A stretch of 64,000 bases of DNA from an uncultured bacterium (GTDB taxonomy: Bacteria; Verrucomicrobiota; Lentisphaeria; Victivallales; UBA1829), in NCBI GenBank assembly GCA_902780135.1, contig CACZEK010000014.1, positions 16 through 64,015 on the forward strand, given 5' to 3'. Made by a program: the position numbers and the translations under genes. Below the pieces are notes generated by a model that made no database searches, had not been told where the DNA came from, and saw nothing but the letters and a program-made list of their open reading frames with translations. Shown one piece after another: positions 19,387-27,762 of the stretch. Each line of letters begins with the position of its first letter. Position 1 is the first letter of the stretch.

Positions 19387-21024
19387 ATGCCTATCACCGA
19401 AATACTGGAACGCAACGCCCAGCTCTACAAGGACGACGTCGCACTGGTGGAGATCAACCCGCAGGAACTCGAAAAACGCCACACCACCTGGCGCGAATAC
19501 TCGCTCATGGAGCCCAGCCCGACCGACTCGTTCCGCTCCGAACTGACCTGGGGCGAATTCGACCGCAAGGCGAACCGCGTGGCGAACTTCCTGCTCACCC
19601 GCCACATCAAGAAGGGCAACAAGGTCGGCATCCTGCTCATGAACTGCCTGGAATGGCTCCCGATCTACTTCGGCGTCCTGAAGAGCGGCGCGATGGCGGT
19701 CCCCCTCAATTTCCGCTATAGCGCGGAGGAGATCAAATACTGCATCGAGCTCGCCGACATCGACGTCCTCCTCTTCGGACCGTCGTTCACCGGACGCATC
19801 GAATCCATCTGCGAGCGCATCCCGCGCGTGAAGGCGCTGGTCTACGTCGGCGAGGACTGCCCGACGTTCGCCGAGCCGTACTACAGCCTCGTTTCCTACT
19901 GCTCCAGCAAGTCCCCCGCGATCCCGCTCTCCGACGACGAGGACGCCGCGATCTACTTCTCCTCCGGCACCACCGGATTCCCGAAGGCGATCGTCCACCG
20001 CCACCGCAGCCTCATGCACGCCTGCATCGTGGAGCAGAAGCACCACGGGCAGACCCGCGAGGACACGTTCCTCTGCATCCCGCCGCTCTATCACACCGGC
20101 GCGAAGATGCACTGGTTCGGGAGCTTCCTGGTCGGCGGCAAGGCGGTGCTCCTGCGCGGCATCAAGCCCGAATGGATCATCAGCGCGGTCTCCGAGGAAC
20201 ACTGCACGGTCGTCTGGCTGCTCGTGCCGTGGGCGCAGGACATCCTGGACGCCATCGACCGCGGCGACATCAAGCTGGAGGACTACAAGCTCGACCAGTG
20301 GCGCCTGATGCACATCGGCGCGCAGCCCGTGCCGCCCAGCCTCATCAAGCGCTGGAAGACCGTCTTCCCGAAGCACGACTACGACACCAACTACGGCCTC
20401 AGCGAATCCATCGGACCGGGCGCGGTGCACCTCGGCATCGAGAACATCGACCACGTCGGCGCGATCGGCGTGGCGGGCTACGGCTGGCAGACCAAGATCG
20501 TCGACGAGAAGCACAACATCGTCGAGCCGGGCAAGGTCGGCGAGCTCGCCGTGAAGGGCGACGGCGTGATGCGCTGCTACTACAAGGACGAGAAGGCGAC
20601 GAAAGAAGTCCTCGACGACGAGGGCTGGCTCTACACCGGCGACATGGCGAAGGAGGAGGACGGCTTCATCTACCTCGTCGACCGCAAGAAGGACGTCATC
20701 ATCACCGGCGGCGAAAACCTCTATCCCGTTCAGATCGAGGACTTCCTCCGCCGCAACAACGCCATCAAGGACGTCGCCGTCATCGGTCTCCCCGACCAGC
20801 GTCTCGGCGAAATCGCCGCCGCGATCATCGAGGTCAAGCCGGACTTCACGCTCACCGAGGAACAGGTCAACGACTTCTGCCTCGACCTGCCGCGCTACCA
20901 GCGCCCGCGCAAGATCATCTTCGCCGAGGTCCCGCGCAACCCGACCGGAAAGATCGAAAAGCCCAAACTCCGCAAGATGTACGGCGCGGACAAGCTCGTC
21001 GCCATGCAGAACGAGATCAAATAA
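19387..21024 (+). CDS. Acyl-CoA synthetase (AMP-forming, class I adenylate-forming enzyme)
   Basis: FSSGTTGFPK, YGLSE, GWLYTGD, DRKKD, GGENLYP and PRNPTGK motifs. AAGGA RBS before ATG 19387. Confidence 0.92.
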   Translation: MPITEILERNAQLYKDDVALVEINPQELEKRHTTWREYSLMEPSPTDSFRSELTWGEFDRKANRVANFLLTRHIKKGNKVGILLMNCLEWLPIYFGVLKSGAMAVPLNFRYSAEEIKYCIELADIDVLLFGPSFTGRIESICERIPRVKALVYVGEDCPTFAEPYYSLVSYCSSKSPAIPLSDDEDAAIYFSSGTTGFPKAIVHRHRSLMHACIVEQKHHGQTREDTFLCIPPLYHTGAKMHWFGSFLVGGKAVLLRGIKPEWIISAVSEEHCTVVWLLVPWAQDILDAIDRGDIKLEDYKLDQWRLMHIGAQPVPPSLIKRWKTVFPKHDYDTNYGLSESIGPGAVHLGIENIDHVGAIGVAGYGWQTKIVDEKHNIVEPGKVGELAVKGDGVMRCYYKDEKATKEVLDDEGWLYTGDMAKEEDGFIYLVDRKKDVIITGGENLYPVQIEDFLRRNNAIKDVAVIGLPDQRLGEIAAAIIEVKPDFTLTEEQVNDFCLDLPRYQRPRKIIFAEVPRNPTGKIEKPKLRKMYGADKLVAMQNEIK

Positions 21025-21148
21025 GCCGGCATAAGGATTTTGGACACAGTGAGTCCAAAATTATAATCCGTTGAGCCGGAGTTCTTATTGCCCTTTTTGC
21101 GGCAAAGGCTCGACGGATGAATCCGATGCTTTGAAATCAGAATAAAAA

Positions 21149-21177
21149 GCCTGCCCCGGTTCCGCGCCGGGACAGGC
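21149..21177 (+). repeat. 29-bp palindromic repeat, copy 1 (terminator-like)
   Basis: GCCTGCCCCGGTTCCGCGCCGGGACAGGC, 27/29 identical to 22009-22037. Confidence 0.85.
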
Positions 21178-21331
21178 CTGCTTTTTACCTCAAACATGCG
21201 CTGATGAATAGGGCGTTTCCCTCGACGATGTGCCCCATGCAACGAGGAAAAGGAAAAATGTAACTTTTTTCGTTTTACGTCTTGCGTTTAATGAAAAGTG
21301 ATGTATATTATGTTTCAGAAAGGAACTGACG

Positions 21332-21610
21332 ATGATCGCAAGCTACAAATGCAAGGAAACCTTGAAGCTCAAGGCGGAAGGTTCCAGCAGAAAGTTCAAG
21401 GCGATCGAACGGATCGCCCTGCGGAAACTGGATATGCTCGACGCCATCGTGAATCTGGAAACGCTGCGGATCCCTCCGAGCAACCATTTCGAAGCGCTGC
21501 ACGGAAAGCGGGAAGGGCAGTACAGTATTCGCATCAACGACCAATGGCGGATTTGCTTTACCTGGCATGACGGAAACGTTCATGATGTTGAGATCGTCGA
21601 TTATCATTGA
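21332..21610 (+). CDS. higB: HigB toxin (RelE/ParE superfamily)
   Basis: LRIPPSNHFEALHGKREGQYSIRINDQWRICF...VEIVDYH. The toxin gene precedes the antitoxin. Confidence 0.93.
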   Translation: MIASYKCKETLKLKAEGSSRKFKAIERIALRKLDMLDAIVNLETLRIPPSNHFEALHGKREGQYSIRINDQWRICFTWHDGNVHDVEIVDYH

Positions 21611-21622
21611 GGAGACCAGACT

Positions 21623-21919
21623 ATGATCAGAACAAAGAATTTGATTCATCCCGGAGAGATCCTTCTGGAAGAATTTCTCAAGCCGATGGAAATCACGCAG
21701 AACAAGCTCGCGCTGGATCTCCATGTCCCCGCGCCGAGAATCTATGCCATCGTGAAAGGAACGCGGGCGATCACGGCCGACACAGCGTTGCGTCTGGGGC
21801 GGTACTTCGGAACCGGTCCCGAATTCTGGATTAATCTTCAGAGCAATTATGACCTGTGCGTTGCTGCGGCGGAGTGCCGGAAAGAAATCGACGGCATTCC
21901 GCAACGGGTTTTCGCCTGA
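21623..21919 (+). CDS. higA: HigA antitoxin (HTH)
   Basis: IHPGEILLEEFL, ITADTALRL..YFGT..EFWINLQ..YDL. Confidence 0.93.
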   Translation: MIRTKNLIHPGEILLEEFLKPMEITQNKLALDLHVPAPRIYAIVKGTRAITADTALRLGRYFGTGPEFWINLQSNYDLCVAAAECRKEIDGIPQRVFA

Positions 21920-22006
21920 CACTGCAAGCAGTGTTGATACAGTGCCTTGCTTCGCAACGGCACGCGCTCTCGCGTAGCAGAGCGCCGAACGTCAGCGCTT
22001 GCGCTG
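21919..22006. repeat. REP-like hairpin cluster 1 (inverted doublet)
   Basis: ACACTG-CAAG-CAGTGT, TGATACA, hairpins at 21942 and 21964 in opposite orientations, then AGCG-CTTG-CGCT. Confidence 0.8.
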
Positions 22007-22008
22007 TG

Positions 22009-22037
22009 GCCTGTTCCGGTTCCGCGCCGGGACAGGC
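22009..22037 (+). repeat. 29-bp palindromic repeat, copy 2 (terminator-like)
   Basis: GCCTGTTCCGGTTCCGCGCCGGGACAGGC followed by ATCTTTT. Confidence 0.85.
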
Positions 22038-22080
22038 ATCTTTTGATCGTCGTTTCAAGCCGCCGAGTGTCGGCGGACCG

Positions 22081-22950
22081 TCAGCGGTAGATATCATCCC
22101 AGAATTGCATATCCTGCCAAACGCTGGTCCTATGCGGACCGTAAGCCCCTTCAAGCATGCGCCCGAGACAATAGAGCGGAATTGACACAGGCAGCAGCAC
22201 CACGTCCGCAGCGAGTCCGACCGGCAGCCAGATCGCTTTCCAGCACCAGCCGAAGAACCCGGTCTTCATGATCATGTAATCGCCCCGGTCGTGTCTGGAG
22301 TAATACTCAACAGGCGGATAATCGACCTGATACCAGCCGTTTTCCATCGGGGAAAGACAGACGTAGCGGTCGCCCTCGCGGTCATAGGGGATCATCGGGC
22401 TCGGACCGCGCAGAACCCAGGGGACGGAGAGAGCCGGAAGCTCGTCCGGGTGAACCGTCGCTTTGTATAGAAATTGGGGATACACCTTCAGAAAATCTTC
22501 ATAAGTTTTGAAATCTTTGAAGGGATCGTTCGGCCTTACGACATATTCCAGAAAGTGGTCGTTGAAATGCGGCATTTCCGTCCAGGAAGAGGGGATCCGT
22601 TTCTTCGGCGCCTCGGGATCGACCGTGACGTCCACATGCTTCAACACCAGCTCGTCCGGCATGGGATCCAGGGGAATGTGTTTTTCGAACGATTGAACGG
22701 AAGTCAGGCACGGCGGCGTCTTTTCCCATATCAGGAAGCACGCCAGCGGGATGACATACCGTTTTTTTTCGCGTTCATAGGTCAGCGTGAGTTCTTTTTT
22801 GTCGGGAGACAACGCATACCTGATGTTTTTGAACCGCTGCTCCTCTCTGCCGGTCCATTTCATCGTCGCGCGCGACATCATGCATCCCGTTCCGCCCAGG
22901 CAGACGGCAAGGAACGCAGCGCAAAGCATGATATTCCGTATCACTTTCAC
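22081..22950 (-). CDS. Hypothetical lipoprotein
   Basis: GTG start and a signal peptide ending LGGTGC. C-terminal hydrophobic LPVGLAADVVLLP resembles the YceK/YidQ motif. Confidence 0.7.
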   Translation of the reverse strand: MKVIRNIMLCAAFLAVCLGGTGCMMSRATMKWTGREEQRFKNIRYALSPDKKELTLTYEREKKRYVIPLACFLIWEKTPPCLTSVQSFEKHIPLDPMPDELVLKHVDVTVDPEAPKKRIPSSWTEMPHFNDHFLEYVVRPNDPFKDFKTYEDFLKVYPQFLYKATVHPDELPALSVPWVLRGPSPMIPYDREGDRYVCLSPMENGWYQVDYPPVEYYSRHDRGDYMIMKTGFFGWCWKAIWLPVGLAADVVLLPVSIPLYCLGRMLEGAYGPHRTSVWQDMQFWDDIYR

Positions 22951-23142
22951 TGAGACTTGTCCTTTCTCCGGATGAAAACGATCATATTTTTACTATACCG
23001 TTCTAAACTCGGAAAGCAAGGCGCCCGGAAATCTTTTTTCTGAAAAAAGCGGAAAACCGGCTTGTTTTTTTGCCGGATGGAAAGTAAGTTATGCTTTTAT
23101 TCGGAAAACGAGTGTTTCACCCCTGCAACAAGGAGTTTTATC

Positions 23143-24177
23143 ATGTCCTCCCGTACAAGATTCGTCCGTCCGGCGGTCCTATTCGCGGCCGCCGCCATGC
23201 TCTGCGCCGCGGCGTTTACCGCGTGCGTCCATGGGATTCACGCCGCACCGCCGAAAGACGGAGATAAGACCGCGGGCTATCTCTTCGCGCACTTCCGCGG
23301 CGAACGCTCGAACGAATGGGAACAGATCTTCTTTGCCGTCAGCCGGGACGGCGCGAAGTGGCAGCCTCTGAACGACGGCAAGTCCGTGCTTCAAAGCAAT
23401 CTGGGCGAGGGCGGCGTGCGCGATCCCTTTGTGGTCCGCGACCCGGAAAACGGCACGGTCTACCTGATCGCGACCGACCTGTGCATCGGGCGCAACGGCG
23501 ACTGGGGACGCGCCCAGCGCGCGGGCAGCAAGGCGATCATCGTGTGGGAATCGAAGGACATGGTGAACTGGAGCGAACCGCGCCGCGTGGAGGTCGCCGT
23601 GCCGGGCGCGGGCTGCACGTGGGCGCCGGAAGCGTTCTGGGACGCCGACAAGAAAGAATTCTTCGTCTTCTGGGCGTCGCGCGAGACGCTCAACGGCTCG
23701 AACCGCCAGCGCATCTATTCCGCCCGCACGAAGGACTTCAAAACGTTCACCCCGGCGAAGCTCTACATCGAGAAGCCGGGCGACGTGATCGACACTGACA
23801 TCATTTCCGACAACGGCAAGCTTTACCGGTTCTCCAAGGACGAGACGCGGAAGAATATCATCATGGAGGTCAGCGACACGCTCGAAGGCGACTGGCAGCC
23901 CGTGCCGGGGTTCCCCGTGCGGGATTTCGCCGGATTCGAGGGGCCGGAGTGTTTCCGCATGGCGGACGGCCGCTGGTGCCTGATCGCCGATTATTATTCG
24001 CGCGGACAGGGCTACAAGGCGTTCTTCTGCGACGACCTCTCGAAGGGCGATTTCGCGCCGTCCGAACGCGGCATGGAGTTCCCGTACCGGTTCCGCCATG
24101 GCGGCGTCATCCCGCTCAGCCAAACCGAGTACGACGCCCTGCTGGCAAAATGGGGCACGGCAAGCCGTGCTGAGTAG
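23143..24177 (+). CDS. GH43 family glycoside hydrolase
   Basis: GVRDP, LIATDL, WAPE, VIDT, EGP and RHG motifs, plus a signal peptide. AGGAG RBS before ATG 23143. Confidence 0.9.
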   Translation: MSSRTRFVRPAVLFAAAAMLCAAAFTACVHGIHAAPPKDGDKTAGYLFAHFRGERSNEWEQIFFAVSRDGAKWQPLNDGKSVLQSNLGEGGVRDPFVVRDPENGTVYLIATDLCIGRNGDWGRAQRAGSKAIIVWESKDMVNWSEPRRVEVAVPGAGCTWAPEAFWDADKKEFFVFWASRETLNGSNRQRIYSARTKDFKTFTPAKLYIEKPGDVIDTDIISDNGKLYRFSKDETRKNIIMEVSDTLEGDWQPVPGFPVRDFAGFEGPECFRMADGRWCLIADYYSRGQGYKAFFCDDLSKGDFAPSERGMEFPYRFRHGGVIPLSQTEYDALLAKWGTASRAE

Positions 24178-24285
24178 TGCTCTGCTCCGCGAGAGCACAC
24201 GGCAAGCCGTGCTGAATAAGCGCTCTGCTCCGCGAGAGCACACGGCAAGCCGTGCTGAAGTAGCGCGCGGTTCCGCTCCGTCGCA
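24155..24285. repeat. REP-like hairpin cluster 2 (tandem 42-43 bp units, about 3 copies)
   Basis: CACGGCAAGCCGTGCTGA occurs three times, alternating with GYGCTCTGCTCCGCGAGAGCAC twice plus one degenerate copy. The cluster overlaps the GH43 stop codon. Confidence 0.9.
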
Positions 24286-24385
24286 TTAGCCGTGTGCTCC
24301 ATTTTCCGTGTCTTCTGCTTGTAAAAAGGGAAAAATAAGCTATATTGAATGGAGCGAAAAAACAGGCAGAACAAAGGAAACGGCG

Positions 24386-25006
24386 ATGGCGATCCCCTAC
24401 AGACAGGAAGTCCTCCGGAAGATGGTGCACCTCAGCTCCATCTGGATGCCCGTCTCGCTGTTTTACCTCCCCTGGCTGTTCAACGTGATCATGTTCGGCA
24501 CGTTCGCCGTGCTGAACGTCCTGATCGAGATCGCGGTGTTCCGCCGGGTCCCGTACGTGACGCCGCTCTACAAGAAACTGTTCGGCAAGATGGCGCGCGA
24601 GAGCGAACCGGGCAAGTTCCGGTTCAGCGGCGCGCCGCCGATGTACGCGTCCGCCTGCCTGACCGCGCTGTGTTTCTCGCCCCGCGTGGCGTCGTGCGCG
24701 TTCACGGTCCTGATCCTGAGCGACACGTCCGCGGCGCTGATCGGGCGCAAATGGGGGCGGCACCGCTTCCCCAACGGCAAATCGCTGGAAGGCTCGCTGG
24801 CGTTCCTGCTCTCCGGCTGGATCATCGCGGCGTGTTTCTGCCTGGCTGGCGGTCTGCCGGGCCGGATCGCGGCGGTCTGGCTGGGCGGCGTGGCGGTCTC
24901 CTGCGTCGCCGAATTCTTCAACGAACAAATCCACATGGACGACAATTTCACGATCCCGCTGCTCTTCGGCGCGGTCGCGGAATTCCTGCCCCTGCTGCTG
25001 CAATAA
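24386..25006 (+). CDS. Polyprenol/phytol/diacylglycerol kinase family membrane protein
   Basis: RKMVH, SDTSAALIGRKWG, KSLEGS and DDNFTIP motifs. Confidence 0.88.
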   Translation: MAIPYRQEVLRKMVHLSSIWMPVSLFYLPWLFNVIMFGTFAVLNVLIEIAVFRRVPYVTPLYKKLFGKMARESEPGKFRFSGAPPMYASACLTALCFSPRVASCAFTVLILSDTSAALIGRKWGRHRFPNGKSLEGSLAFLLSGWIIAACFCLAGGLPGRIAAVWLGGVAVSCVAEFFNEQIHMDDNFTIPLLFGAVAEFLPLLLQ

Positions 25007-25025
25007 AAAAGGAGCCGATCTCAAA

Positions 25026-25730
25026 ATGAACGAACAGAGACTTTACCGCTACGACACGCACATCCATACCGCCGAAGTGAGCAAATGCGCCAAATCCTCC
25101 GGCCGCGAGGTCGCCGAAGCCTACCACGCGCGCGGCTACGACGGCATCATCATCACGGACCATTTCTTCAACGGGAACACCACCGTGCCGCGCGACCTGC
25201 CGTGGCGGGAGCGCGTCGAGCTGTTCACGGCGGGCTACCGTGCGGCGAAGGAATACGGCGACCGGGTGGGGATGCAGGTGTTTTTCGCGTGGGAGGATTC
25301 CTCCGAGGGCAACGATTTCCTGACCTACGGGCTGGACGAAAACTGGCTCGCGGACCATCCGTTCATCGACCGCCTCCCGCTCGTCGACTACCTGAAATAC
25401 ATTCGCGCCGAGGGCGGCACGGTCGTCCACGCGCATCCGTTCCGGCAGGATTTCTACATCCCGATGATCCGTCTGCTCCCCGACCTGGTCGACGCCGTGG
25501 AGATCATGAACGGCCACCGCAAGGACGAGGAGAACCGCCGCGCGAAATGGTACGCGGACAGCTACGGGCTGCCGTGGACGGCGGGTTCGGACAACCACGA
25601 CGTGGCGAACGGATTCGCGGAGGCGGGCGTGCTGCTGGACGAACGCCTCACCGGGACGGCGCACTATGCGCGGCTGGTCCGCGAGCGCAAAATCCGCGCG
25701 TGCCTCCCGCATCTCGACGGCTGCTGCTGA
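25026..25730 (+). CDS. PHP-domain phosphoesterase
   Basis: DTHIHT, ITDH, AHPFR and GSDNH motifs. Confidence 0.9.
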   Translation: MNEQRLYRYDTHIHTAEVSKCAKSSGREVAEAYHARGYDGIIITDHFFNGNTTVPRDLPWRERVELFTAGYRAAKEYGDRVGMQVFFAWEDSSEGNDFLTYGLDENWLADHPFIDRLPLVDYLKYIRAEGGTVVHAHPFRQDFYIPMIRLLPDLVDAVEIMNGHRKDEENRRAKWYADSYGLPWTAGSDNHDVANGFAEAGVLLDERLTGTAHYARLVRERKIRACLPHLDGCC

Positions 25731-25799
25731 GCTTTCCGCGCATCCGCCGTGGGGCTGGCTTGCGGCGCGAACGTTCCGCGTCCTGCCGCCGTCAGGCTG

Positions 25800-26516
25800 T
25801 TATGCTTTTTTCCAGGAAAAACAAATGGTTTGCCGGAAGCTTTTCATGGCGGCCTTCAGCAGTTTCCATTTCTTGATGGAAACTTCGCCCGTTGTCCGGT
25901 CGTGCTGCGGGACGGGCATTTCAAAGAAACGCAGGTGTTTCTTTGCGACCATGCCGGAGAGAATGACGTTCGGGGCAAACGTGTCGCCGGGTATCGCACG
26001 ATAGATTTCCGCGAAGGATGCGGCACGCATTAAGCGATAGGGAGTATTGACGTCCCAGATGGTTTTCCTGCCGTAAAAGAGCTTGACCGTCATGCGCGAT
26101 ATGGCGGAGATTATTTTGCGCGGCAGCGCCTGCGCGCGTCCGTCCCGATAGCCTGCGAGGAAATCGTAGCCGGCGCGCCGGTCCCAGAGCTTCCCGAAAT
26201 GCTCCGGTCCCATTTCATCATCGGAATCGATCTGGAATATCCAGTCATAGCCGTTGTCCGCCGCTTCACGGTATCCCTGCAGGATCGTCGGCCCGTGTCC
26301 TCCGTTCGGCTTGTCGTGCGGCACGATATGCCCGGGATGCCGTTCCGCGGCCGCCTTCATCTGCCCCAGGCTGCCGTCCCTGCTGCCGTCGTTGTACGGA
26401 TGCAGCTGATAATCAATCCCGAGCGAGTCCAGAGCGTTCGCCCATTTGTCCAGAACGGAGCCGATGACGGCTTCTTCATTGTAGACGGGCATGACAATTG
26501 CCAGTTTATCGTTCAT
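25800..26516 (-). CDS. GT2 glycosyltransferase (polyprenol-phosphate glycosyltransferase-like)
   Basis: VMPVYNE, NDGSRD, NGGHG, DSD and R..GE motifs. A short single-domain protein of 238 aa. Confidence 0.88.
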   Translation of the reverse strand: MNDKLAIVMPVYNEEAVIGSVLDKWANALDSLGIDYQLHPYNDGSRDGSLGQMKAAAERHPGHIVPHDKPNGGHGPTILQGYREAADNGYDWIFQIDSDDEMGPEHFGKLWDRRAGYDFLAGYRDGRAQALPRKIISAISRMTVKLFYGRKTIWDVNTPYRLMRAASFAEIYRAIPGDTFAPNVILSGMVAKKHLRFFEMPVPQHDRTTGEVSIKKWKLLKAAMKSFRQTICFSWKKA

Positions 26517-27654
26517 AGCGCCTCCTTGCTAATGCATCGAATCCCTCCAGCGACATGGCGACCGCCTTGTCCATGTCCCAGTATTTGTATGCGCCCAGCC
26601 GTCCGCAGAACAGGATGCCGGGATGCCGGTTTGCGAGCTCCCGGTATTTCCGCAGGAGAGAATTGTTCCGTTCGTCGTTGACGGGATAGAACGCCTCCAG
26701 TCCGGGCTTCCACGCCATTGGATATTCGCGGAAGATGATGGTCTTGCCGGCGTTGAATGGCTTTTCCCATTCCGGATGGTAATGCTTGAACTCGTGAATC
26801 CGCGTGTACGGGACCGTTTCATCGCCGTAATTCATTACGGTTGTCCCCTGATAATCCCGGACCGGCACCGTTTCCCTTTCAAACCGGAGGCTGCGCCATT
26901 CCAGCGCCCCGAAACAGTATCCGAAGAATTCGTCGATCATGCCCGTATAGATGATCGTGCAATCCCGGGACAGCTGCGCGGCGATCTCCGAAAACGACGT
27001 CTTCAGGAGAAGCCTGATCCCCGGCGTGCCCGCCATCTTCCTGAACATGGCGTCGTACCCGTCGGCGGGGATCCCCTGATGCCGCGCGTTGAAATACTCC
27101 GTATCGTAGGTCATCCGGACGGGCAGACGGGTAATGATGTCCGCCGGAAGCTCCGAAGGCGGACGCCCCCATTGCTTTGCGGTATATCCTTTGATGAAAA
27201 GCCGGTACAGGTCGGGCCCGATGAGCGAGATCGCCTTTTCCTCCAGGTTGCGCGGCTCCCCGGAACCGTTTGTGCTCGATTCGATCCATTCCCGGGCTTC
27301 ATCCGGAGTAAACGCTTTGCCCGACACCTCCTGGATCGTCTTCAGGTTGATGGGCATGAAATAAACATGGCCGCAGGTGTGGATCAGCACGTGATGCCGG
27401 TACGAATTGAAGGCGGCGAACTGGCTGATGTAGTTCCAGACCGTTTCATTGGCGGTATGGAATATGTGCGAACCGTAGTCATGCACTTCGATGCCGGTTT
27501 CTTCGTCGATGGTCGCGCTGGAATTGCCGCCGAGCTTTTCCCGTTTGTCAACAAGCAGCACGGGCTGGTTCAACTGCGAGGCGATCCTCTCGGCATAGAC
27601 AAGTCCTGTTATGCCGGCTCCGACGACACAGAAACGATAATCAGATAAAGCCAT
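26506..27654 (-). CDS. glf: UDP-galactopyranose mutase
   Basis: VGAGITG, YGSHIFHT, YTAKQW, RLPVR, TRIHEFKH and GRLGAYKYWDMD motifs. Confidence 0.95.
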   Translation of the reverse strand: MALSDYRFCVVGAGITGLVYAERIASQLNQPVLLVDKREKLGGNSSATIDEETGIEVHDYGSHIFHTANETVWNYISQFAAFNSYRHHVLIHTCGHVYFMPINLKTIQEVSGKAFTPDEAREWIESSTNGSGEPRNLEEKAISLIGPDLYRLFIKGYTAKQWGRPPSELPADIITRLPVRMTYDTEYFNARHQGIPADGYDAMFRKMAGTPGIRLLLKTSFSEIAAQLSRDCTIIYTGMIDEFFGYCFGALEWRSLRFERETVPVRDYQGTTVMNYGDETVPYTRIHEFKHYHPEWEKPFNAGKTIIFREYPMAWKPGLEAFYPVNDERNNSLLRKYRELANRHPGILFCGRLGAYKYWDMDKAVAMSLEGFDALARRRYER

Positions 27655-27762
27655 TTTTATTCCTGAAGGGTTGTCAGGTGTTTTTTATGGTCGCAAGGAC
27701 GCGAAACGGTTGTGGTTGTATGGATAAGGACATGGATCGCGATGAGAAAAAGCCGCCTGTTT

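Noticed and set aside
24155-24285. CRISPR array (also considered for 39548-39860)
   Set aside because: The intervening segments are near-identical or palindromic rather than unique spacers, the period is only 42-47 bp, and no cas genes lie in the window.
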